NCBI GenBank assembly: GCA_019058295.1
Contig: JAHPZI010000006.1
Span: forward strand, 1 to 64,000
DNA length: 64,000 nt
DNA from: Promethearchaeota archaeon
Lineage (GTDB): Archaea > Asgardarchaeota > Lokiarchaeia > Sigyniarchaeales > SOKP01
Direction of reading: 5' to 3'
The notes under the pieces were generated by a model. It searched no databases and was not told the origin of the DNA. It worked only from the letters and a program-made list of their open reading frames with translations. Of the stretch, positions 38,541 through 47,500 are shown one piece after another. Every line of letters begins with the position of its first letter. Within the stretch, counting starts at the first letter, position 1. A program made the translations under genes and the position numbers.

Positions 38541-40868
38541 ATGAGTTTAAAAGAAATAACTAAGGAATTATTTACGAGATACGGGTTAACTGAAGAAGAG
38601 ATTAGTGTCTACATTAAATATCTTGGAGTGCCACAAGCAACAATTTCAGAAGTATTCATGTATTTTGAAGAGGGTGAGATTGAATATTCAGAAGTTGAAG
38701 AAATTACTAAAAAACTCGTTGAATCAAATTTTCTACAAAAGGTCGAAGGGATTGTAGATAGGTACGTACCACTCGAACCATTTTTTGAATTATTTACGAG
38801 CGAATCTGAAGCATTTAGACAGAAAATTGCTACTACTAAAGATAATGCTCTTTCTGATCAATCTAGTCGATTTGAAAAGCTGGAATCGATTCAAAATAAA
38901 AGTATCGAAGAAGTTGAGACCGCAGTTGACACTCAAGTGAAGGAATTTTTTCAAGATTCAGATGATAAGAATGCAAGTAAAAAAGAAAGAATTAATAAAG
39001 CAACGACCAGATTTACAGAAACATCTAAAACTTTAGAAAAAGATCTACACGATAATATAGAAAAAGACTTTTCAGAATTAGACAATGATATAAAACAGCT
39101 TGATACTGAATTTCATCAAATAGTAGATGGATTAATTTCTACTAATGAAACTTCAATTAACGCAGCCAAAACTGATATCGACAAAATTATTACTGATTTA
39201 TTAGGAGATTTCTCAACAAGAGTAAGCAATTTAGAAACTGAATTAAAAAAGGATTTGGATGATCATGTAGACAGACATAAGAACATTGCCAATGAACTTA
39301 AACCTAAAATGGAACAAATTCTTGAGAAATACCTCGAAAGAATGGATAAAATCGTTACTGATCTAAAGGAACGCATTTCAAGATTATTAGCTGACCATAT
39401 GAGCCATGTAAAAAGCACAACAAGTAATATTGAATCAGATATTCATACAAAAGTCGAAGATAGACATTTAGAAATAAAAAATATAATCAATTCATATAAA
39501 AATAGAGCCTTGACATTATTAGAAAATCTAATTACCCAATCAAATAAATTTAGTGATCTTGCTGAAGCAATTCCGAATACAGGTTTTTTCTTTGGAAAAA
39601 AGAAGAAATTGAAATATATTAATGCTTGGAAGGTTATAGAAACAGAAGTTGCAGATATTTCAAGACCATTCAAAGATGATTTTGTGAATGAGTGCGATAA
39701 ATATATTAATGATACTCAAAGTACTTCTGATGAACTAAAAAAGGAAGTATCAGATACCGTGGCAAATGAGAATCAATCATTAGGAACAGAAACGACTGAC
39801 CTTGATAAAAGAGCGCAAGAAACGATTACTGCAGAATTAGATACGCTTGCTACTGATATGTCCGGCGAAATTGATAATACATTACAAACTGGAGTAAAAG
39901 ATTGTTCTGATACTACTGTAAAACTGAAAGATTCATTAGAAAATTCTTTAAAAACACATCATAAAGACTATGATGATGCTATAAATAAACATAAAGATGG
40001 ATCCTTGAAACATTATACCGATTTCGATGCTGAGATTAAAGCTAAGTCATCTGAGTTTAAAGATAAACATACGAAGACTGGTAATGATAGATTAAGCAAA
40101 ATTCGAAGTGATTTTGATGGATCTAAATCTAATACATCTGGAAAAATTGATGCTGAGATTAATCTTTGGAATGAAGAATCTGCTGATATGGATGTTATGT
40201 TGGCTGATATGCTTGAAAATCATAAAAATAAATACAAACTAAATGCTGAAACTCTACAAAATAGTTTATCTAATACAACTCGAGATACTACTCAAAATGT
40301 GAAAGACGCAATTGCCGATTTTACACTTAATTTTATGAATGCTATTGATGATGTGACAGAAGCAGCTGAAAATAACGAAGAAAAACTTAAAGATATTCAT
40401 AACGCCTCTAGCTCAATTCCAGTTTCAGAAATCGCAAAAGTTACCACGTGGCATACGGTTGGAAGAACGGCGTTAATAGCAGCTGTTAAAGATGCTATCT
40501 ATCGAACCAAATCTTCAGTCATAGTTGTCACTCCCGTGGTTGTACCTGAAATTTTACAAGTTATCTCTGAATTTGCATATGAGAGAAAGGTAGCAAGATT
40601 TATGATCACTACACATTGGGATTTGAGTCAATACCAAGATATCCTTAAGAAGATGATGCAATTGGGCAACATTCAATTCCGCAATTTAAATACTCAGGGA
40701 GATTATTTTGCTGTAACTCGAGATGCCGAAGAAGTGATTCTGGCGCCCTATTCAGAGAAAGATTCAGAGATAATTAGCGTTATCAGTAATCACGAGCAAT
40801 ACTGTAATCTTTACTCCCAGATCATCGGACCAGTTTTTACAGCCAATAGTAGACCAGTTAAACTCTAA
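38541..40868 (+). CDS. TrmB-like protein: N-terminal wHTH, long helical repeat region, C-terminal TrmB effector/PLD-like domain
   Basis: YGLTEEEISVY..YL....TISEV...L.E..F......RY.PLEP; C-terminal AIYRTKSSVIVVTP...FAVTRDAEEVILA. Confidence 0.7.
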   Translation: MSLKEITKELFTRYGLTEEEISVYIKYLGVPQATISEVFMYFEEGEIEYSEVEEITKKLVESNFLQKVEGIVDRYVPLEPFFELFTSESEAFRQKIATTKDNALSDQSSRFEKLESIQNKSIEEVETAVDTQVKEFFQDSDDKNASKKERINKATTRFTETSKTLEKDLHDNIEKDFSELDNDIKQLDTEFHQIVDGLISTNETSINAAKTDIDKIITDLLGDFSTRVSNLETELKKDLDDHVDRHKNIANELKPKMEQILEKYLERMDKIVTDLKERISRLLADHMSHVKSTTSNIESDIHTKVEDRHLEIKNIINSYKNRALTLLENLITQSNKFSDLAEAIPNTGFFFGKKKKLKYINAWKVIETEVADISRPFKDDFVNECDKYINDTQSTSDELKKEVSDTVANENQSLGTETTDLDKRAQETITAELDTLATDMSGEIDNTLQTGVKDCSDTTVKLKDSLENSLKTHHKDYDDAINKHKDGSLKHYTDFDAEIKAKSSEFKDKHTKTGNDRLSKIRSDFDGSKSNTSGKIDAEINLWNEESADMDVMLADMLENHKNKYKLNAETLQNSLSNTTRDTTQNVKDAIADFTLNFMNAIDDVTEAAENNEEKLKDIHNASSSIPVSEIAKVTTWHTVGRTALIAAVKDAIYRTKSSVIVVTPVVVPEILQVISEFAYERKVARFMITTHWDLSQYQDILKKMMQLGNIQFRNLNTQGDYFAVTRDAEEVILAPYSEKDSEIISVISNHEQYCNLYSQIIGPVFTANSRPVKL

Positions 40869-41132
40869 TCTAATAAACCACTTTTTATTTTATATTTTAT
40901 TTTATTAAAGATCACAAATAATTAGATATTATTTTTTTTGTTATCCTTATTCCAGCCTAATAATTAAAATAATTATTAAACAAAATTAGAAATCTAAAAA
41001 TTCTTTAATAAATTTGAGGATAGAGGCTGAAATTTAATAGATACTACTCAAGAAAAAGATACAACTTTTATTAGATAAAATTAAAAACGAGATTTAAAAA
41101 AAATTAATTAGTTTCTAGTAGCTATGCGAAAG

Positions 41133-42419
41133 TCAATCCCAGGTTGCCTTTGTAACTGAGGAATCATCGTCCTCTTCGTGAATACGCTTTAGGTCTATGT
41201 CTTGATAACCTGGTAATGTTTGGAGAATCCTTCTCATCGCAAATTTTATATCTTTTGCAGAGGCAATAAAGCGACCCACTATTAGAATATCCGCTCCCTG
41301 CTTTAGAGCGAATATTGCACTATTCGGTTCAATACCTCCCGCTACAGCAACTAAAACACGATCCCTCCCCGAAGCCTTTTTGTGTTCTTTGTATAATTCT
41401 TTGATTTTTGGAACCAAAGCCCATCTTGCTTTTTGCGCGGCATCCGGCGATTGATCACCTTCTACAGACTGCTCAACATCAATTGCTCTATGAAGTATAA
41501 CAACATCGGGGATTTGTTTTAGCGAACTCAATTTCGCAATCGGATCAGTCACTTCCATAGTATCAATAAAAGCATGAATACCAAGGCGCTGTGCTTCTAA
41601 GATAAATTTATCAAGTGATGCTGTAGAGGCTAAACCACTTGCTACAACTCCATCCGCAGTAGCGTCAAATGCGAAATCAACCTCTAATTTCCCTACATCC
41701 AATGTCTTTAAATCAGCCACTATGAAAGCTTCTTTAGCTACTTTTCTAATTTCTCTAATTGCATCCATACCATACTTCTTGAGAAATGGCGTCCCTACTT
41801 CAAGTATGATACGATCACTTTTTGGAAGTTCTTTTACTACTTTAACCTGCTTTTCGAGAGCTGGATGATCCAAAGCTACTTGAATATAAGGAGGTCTCCA
41901 TAATCTAGGGATCCTTATACCTGCCACTGGGTGTTTTGCTCTATCTTTATCATAGAATATCTTTTCAATTGGAGGATATTCCTTCAATGCTCTCTGGATT
42001 GCTAATTTAGTTGCACCATAATTGTATTGATATATTTTTCTATAGTCAGTCGCACCAGGATGAATAAAAACACTAGCAATTATAACCCACTCATCGAGTT
42101 TATTCATTGGAATAATTCCTTCTTCAACAGCATCTGCTACTCCCTTTGCAACTGCGGCTTGAGCAGGTCCAAAAATTTTGTTCGCATCCTCCATTTTCGC
42201 AACAGTAACTTTCGGAACAACTAAACTTATTGGTTTAGATAAAAGATTGGGTCTAATAGCTGCTAAGAGGCCACCGTGACCTTTGGAAGGCTCACTCAGA
42301 GCATTTGCAAAAGATATTCCAACGGGACCGCTTTTGGATCCAATAATTAGGTCAATATGAGCTAGGTTTTCCCCCTCACCTACTAATGCCTCACCAATAT
42401 AATATTCATTTTTAACCAT
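41133..42419 (-). CDS. fae-hps: Bifunctional formaldehyde-activating enzyme / 3-hexulose-6-phosphate synthase
   Basis: IGEALVGEG..AHIDL, FGPAQAAVAKGVAD, NYGATKLAI; QVALD, EVGTP, ADLKTLDVG, LHRAIDVE, AGGI. Confidence 0.92.
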   Translation of the reverse strand: MVKNEYYIGEALVGEGENLAHIDLIIGSKSGPVGISFANALSEPSKGHGGLLAAIRPNLLSKPISLVVPKVTVAKMEDANKIFGPAQAAVAKGVADAVEEGIIPMNKLDEWVIIASVFIHPGATDYRKIYQYNYGATKLAIQRALKEYPPIEKIFYDKDRAKHPVAGIRIPRLWRPPYIQVALDHPALEKQVKVVKELPKSDRIILEVGTPFLKKYGMDAIREIRKVAKEAFIVADLKTLDVGKLEVDFAFDATADGVVASGLASTASLDKFILEAQRLGIHAFIDTMEVTDPIAKLSSLKQIPDVVILHRAIDVEQSVEGDQSPDAAQKARWALVPKIKELYKEHKKASGRDRVLVAVAGGIEPNSAIFALKQGADILIVGRFIASAKDIKFAMRRILQTLPGYQDIDLKRIHEEDDDSSVTKATWD

Positions 42420-42622
42420 ACAAAACACGTCTAATGTATTTTATTTAAAACATTGTATTTTGGAGATATTATAAAATAATTTTTACTTACAATTAAAACA
42501 AGTTAATTCACTAATATTAAAATTTCTATAATTATAATAATTTGAAAATGAAAATTTGCTTCAATCTTCTGAAAAAAAAAAAGCAAGAAAAAAAAAAAAA
42601 ATAAAATTTAAAATTTGTTGAT

Positions 42623-43615
42623 TTATACCGAAATTTCTCTTTTCTTTAAGCTTATCAATCCATAGATTAAAAGAAATACAGCAATACCAATCCAAACTAA
42701 CAAGGAAACCCATGGATATACATAATCTGTCCTTTTCATGCCGCCAGGGTTGATGCCTTGGTCGGGATCCGTAGGTGATGCAATATCATATACCCCAGTG
42801 AACTGAGCAAACCAAGTTTGCCATTCTGCTACTGGAGGAATTGCATTAAAGAAGTCTAAAAAGCCAACATAGATATTTCCTAAATGATATCCAAGATCGA
42901 TGATATATAAATAATAAGTCTCATAAGAATCAGCGAGGAACATTTTGAGAATCATCATACCTAAGAAAGAAAAAATCACTAAGAAAATTACTATTAATCC
43001 AGCATTTCTTGGTCGATTTACGATCGATGATAGTGCTAATGTAATACTGCAAAAAATAAGTAAAAGGACCAAAGAATAAAGATAGGTCACAAATAGGAAC
43101 GGAATGATTCCAAAAAAGTGAATAATGTTGGCAGAATATCTTAGTACAGCTATCCATCCTATTGAAAAAATGGCAACAAAACTTAGAGTAGCACCATAAA
43201 GGAATAATCCAATATATTTACCAATAAATATTTTCACTCGCATAATTGGTTTACTTACTAATATCAACATAGTTCCTGAATGAACCTCTTCGGAAATAAG
43301 CGAAGCTCCACTAGTACCAATAATGCAGATAAAGGAAATTCCTAAAGTCCAAAAGAATAGTATAAAAACAATAGCAATACTTATAGCTGCTGCAGCGTGC
43401 TGAGGAGAGATTGATTCATATTCAATTGTTGATGGAAAAGCAATAGTGACTATTAGAGGAATGAGCATAATAATTAAGGAAACGAGAAATTTCTTAAGCG
43501 ATGCTAATTCCTGAAATGTTTTTTTAACTAAGATAAGTGTATTTCTGTGTGTTTCTTTCTCTACTCCTTCTGTATCTTTTCTTGAAAAAACTGTTTTTAA
43601 TTTTGCGATGCTCAT
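42623..43615 (-). CDS. ABC-2 type transporter permease
   Basis: ISEEVHSGTMLILVSKPI.R..IFIGKY; several TM helices. Confidence 0.9.
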   Translation of the reverse strand: MSIAKLKTVFSRKDTEGVEKETHRNTLILVKKTFQELASLKKFLVSLIIMLIPLIVTIAFPSTIEYESISPQHAAAAISIAIVFILFFWTLGISFICIIGTSGASLISEEVHSGTMLILVSKPIMRVKIFIGKYIGLFLYGATLSFVAIFSIGWIAVLRYSANIIHFFGIIPFLFVTYLYSLVLLLIFCSITLALSSIVNRPRNAGLIVIFLVIFSFLGMMILKMFLADSYETYYLYIIDLGYHLGNIYVGFLDFFNAIPPVAEWQTWFAQFTGVYDIASPTDPDQGINPGGMKRTDYVYPWVSLLVWIGIAVFLLIYGLISLKKREISV

Positions 43616-44592
43616 TTTTTATCACCCTTTTCTACATAAACTTCCATAAAAATATCTTGAAGTGAGATTTCAGGTATATGGAAGCTATATAATATTGCGT
43701 TATTTTCTAATATCACCTTAGGCATTTCCTGCTTAAGTTTGTCCGCATCTTTAGGTATTATTTGGATTGTTCCATCTTCTTCTTTTAGCCATGTATTTTG
43801 GATATAATCTTTCCGTTCTAAAGATTTTAAAATTTGCTCGTTCTTATTGGTGTCTAATTCATATGTATTGCCGATGTATTGTTGCTTAATATTTTTTAGA
43901 GTATCAGAGATAACAATTGCACCCTTATTAATCATAGTTACTCTGTCGCACATCTGTTCAATTTCAGATAAAATGTGGCTTGATACAAAAACACTTACTG
44001 TTTTAGAGATTTCCTTAATTTTATCAATAATATTTGCGCGTCCTATAGGATCTAAATTAGCTGTTGGCTCATCTAATATAAGAAGTTTCGGTTTGTGTAT
44101 TAATGCTGCCGCTATACCAATTTTTTGTTTCATACCACCTGAATATTCACCGATAGGTCTAGTTCTATCATTAAAAATATCAAAATAAACACACAATTCT
44201 TGAGCTCTCTTCCTTGCTTCCATCTTATTCAATCCTCCCAACTTTCCCATATAAATCAAATATTCTTCTCCTGTCATCTTGTCGTAAAACACTGGATCTT
44301 GAGGTAAAAATCCTATTAAGCGTCGTGCTTCTACTGTACCTGCTTTTTCGTTTCTGATTTTTGCTTCACCCGACGAAATAGCAAGGGCTCCAACCAACAT
44401 ATTCATTGTTGTTGTCTTACCAGCTCCATTAGGACCAAGAAAACCATGAATTCCAGGTTCTATGCGTAGATTTATTTTCTTTACAGCTTCAAATGCTTTG
44501 TCTTTTTTCCCATAGATTTTTTGAAGTTCATGACTCCAAATTTCATATTGAAATTCTGCTTCTTTCTCATATGCTTTCTTTCTCTTAATCAT
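43612..44592 (-). CDS. ABC transporter ATP-binding protein
   Basis: GPNGAGKTT, YSGGMKQK, LILDEPT, SSH. Confidence 0.95.
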   Translation of the reverse strand: MIKRKKAYEKEAEFQYEIWSHELQKIYGKKDKAFEAVKKINLRIEPGIHGFLGPNGAGKTTTMNMLVGALAISSGEAKIRNEKAGTVEARRLIGFLPQDPVFYDKMTGEEYLIYMGKLGGLNKMEARKRAQELCVYFDIFNDRTRPIGEYSGGMKQKIGIAAALIHKPKLLILDEPTANLDPIGRANIIDKIKEISKTVSVFVSSHILSEIEQMCDRVTMINKGAIVISDTLKNIKQQYIGNTYELDTNKNEQILKSLERKDYIQNTWLKEEDGTIQIIPKDADKLKQEMPKVILENNAILYSFHIPEISLQDIFMEVYVEKGDKK

Positions 44593-47500
44593 ATCTGTAT
44601 CTCCTCCATTTCTTTTTCTTTATCGACTAAAACGATATTTGCTTTTCTCTTTTTATTTCGTTTATAAAATATAACAAGAGCGCTAATAACTACGGCTATT
44701 ATTGCAGTTAAAATGAACATAGAATAATCGACTGGAACTATAATTGTAACTTCATCCACTGCGATGACTATACCACTTTTATCATACATGAAAATTTGAA
44801 CATTTTTTTCACCAGGTCCAAGAGATACTTTACAAGACAATGATTCTGTCCTATTATAAACATTTCCATCAATTATTAACTCGAAGAAATCGTAGTCTGC
44901 ATCCGTTTCCCATTCAATAGTGAATCTACTCGATGACATCTCATTATCCTCATCATCTTCGAGGTCAGAGAATTCAACTTCAAATTCTGAATTTATGCAA
45001 AAGAACGATTCACCACTTGCAATAATAAATTCCGATCTTCTATCACCTGTAAAATCATCGGTTAAATATATTCCGTCAACACTTCCTAAATTAAACCTAT
45101 AGAGTAATTCTTGATTGTATATATCTAATAGATCTGTAATAGAACCAGTTATATAAGCATCCTCTGAACGTGTATATGTATTATGGCTGCAAATAATTTC
45201 ATCCTTTCCATCTCCATTAAAATCACCTATGTTTTCGATAACATCGAAAAATTCATAAGTTACATCTTCCCAGTCATAAGTTTGTTCATATGGCTCTAAC
45301 TCCCATGCTTCTTTAGCAAAACCACTGTCATCATCATCATCATCGTCATCATCATCACCAACATCATCACCATAATCCCATTCGTCAGGTTCAATTTTTT
45401 CTAATTCAACACCAGAACTATGAGCAATATCTAATGGTAAAATTGCTGCGCCTTTTGAATATAAATTATCATCCCAACCACTCTTACAAGATTGCGTTCC
45501 AATAATTCCATCGAGAATATTGTCTTCATTGAGATCACTTGTATACGCAAATGGCAGCGTAAATGTTCGTTCGTCTGAAACGATTCTATTCCCTTCCTCA
45601 TAGTTTTCGCTAATCTTACCATCTTCAATTATTTCTTCTAGATCAATGTCAACAATTGCATCGCCAGGACTACCTGAAGATCCACTAAAAATTCTAATAC
45701 TTCGACCCCAATGGGCGGAAGCTAAATGCTCATAATAACCATCCCCAGTTAAGTCAGCGTACGAAAATTTAATTTTATAACCGATATAAGTCGGTCTAAA
45801 ATCATTCTTTACACGCGTCCATTCACTTCTTCCGAGGGGGTCCAAGTTAAGGAGATTTATATAACAGACAAGAGATTGGGTATAAGGATCAATAATTTTT
45901 ATTCTTTGTAAATTATTCTCTGTATCGTAATCACCTAAAATTAATCCTAACTTTCCAGATTTATACTCTGTTGTACCTGGAATTTCATAGAAACTCCATT
46001 GACTATAATTAAGAGACATTGCATCATTATAAGAAATCGTTGGATCTATATAATTATCATAGTTAGTTATTGCATTATCCCAATCAGCATCATTGATGTA
46101 TCTATGAGAAAATTTAGTTGAAGGAACCTGAAATGTGCCACTTAAAATCCAACCGTTTAAGCTGTGATTCAAATATGTAGCGCTAACACGATTATAAGGA
46201 ACTTTAGCTCTACAATCATGACCCCACTGAGTAGAAACGCTCTGATTTTTCACGTCATAAAGAATTAATCTTGATGACCAATCACTACACGTTTCAAATC
46301 CAGCTACTACTAATACATCAGGATACTCATCTCCGTTACCATTTATAACCTCAAAATCTTGAATTTTAAGATTTAAAATATTATCTAAATTCTCGTCCCA
46401 TTGATCAGTTTCCAAATTATACACATAATATTGGTCCCATTCATTTCCAAATACTCCCCAGTAGAACAATGCAACCCCAAAGCTATCAATAGATATATTG
46501 AATGGACTTGTGTGGTTAATGGTAATACGTAATCTCAAAGTATTGTCTGATCCTAAGAACGGTGTTAATAGAGACTTATTCTCGTAATCAAATCTTACAC
46601 CATTATCTACACCCCATACTTCTGTTGTATTATACGTTCCCCGTTGAATTACAAACACGCTATCATTTCTATATGTAGTAGTTAAATTAAAACTTAAATG
46701 ATTGTTTCTAAATCCGCCCGGGTTAGTTGTATCATCATTGTATCTACCAATCCATTGAGACAAATTATAATCATTATTATCCAAAGTTCTTTGGGATGCA
46801 TCAATCTGCATTTTTTCCCAAGTATTACCGTTTTCATTATAGATTTCATACTTAAAATCTGCAGGTTCAATAGTAATATTTGCTGCGATCATAGTCTGTA
46901 GTTTAAGAGCTGATATTCTTTCAATTTGAGTAAGAGCATGATAATCAGTTCCGAATTCTAAAGGAATGGTAAAATTAAGTATAATCTGCCATATATTGTC
47001 TTCGTCTAGGTCTTCTGCTTTGATCGTATAATTTCCGAGCTCATATAGATAATTGACAACTAATTCATCAATCGATAAATCAAAACTGCTAGAATGTTCT
47101 GCATCAATTCTAATCTTTACTAAGTTATTATTATCATCATCAACAAAATCAACGACCTCAGCCCATTCATCTTCTAAGAATTGCCATGTCTGAACAGTAG
47201 TCGAATTTATTGAGTTCGGACCTATACTTCTCCAATCATTAATAAAGAAATCAAATATTGAAATTTCTATCTCATCAACTACTTTTGAGAGGTTTCCGAT
47301 ATAGTCCACGATGAGATAATTTGGAAGAATTCCAAGATCTAATGGTTGATTGAAAGCCATTTCTATTGCTATTCTCTGTTTTCCTCCAGAAGAGACCGAA
47401 TCAACAGTCCAAAAATTATTATCCTCTTTTTCAGTATCTTCAGAGGAGCTAATTACAGCAGCACCGGTTTTTATATCTGCCGTTGCGTCAGTGGAAGTTA

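Noticed and set aside
44655-44675. IFYKR after the C-terminal TM of the FG-GAP protein as an integrin-alpha GFFKR motif
   Set aside because: A short match explained by the positive-inside rule; no integrin-beta-like partner is present.
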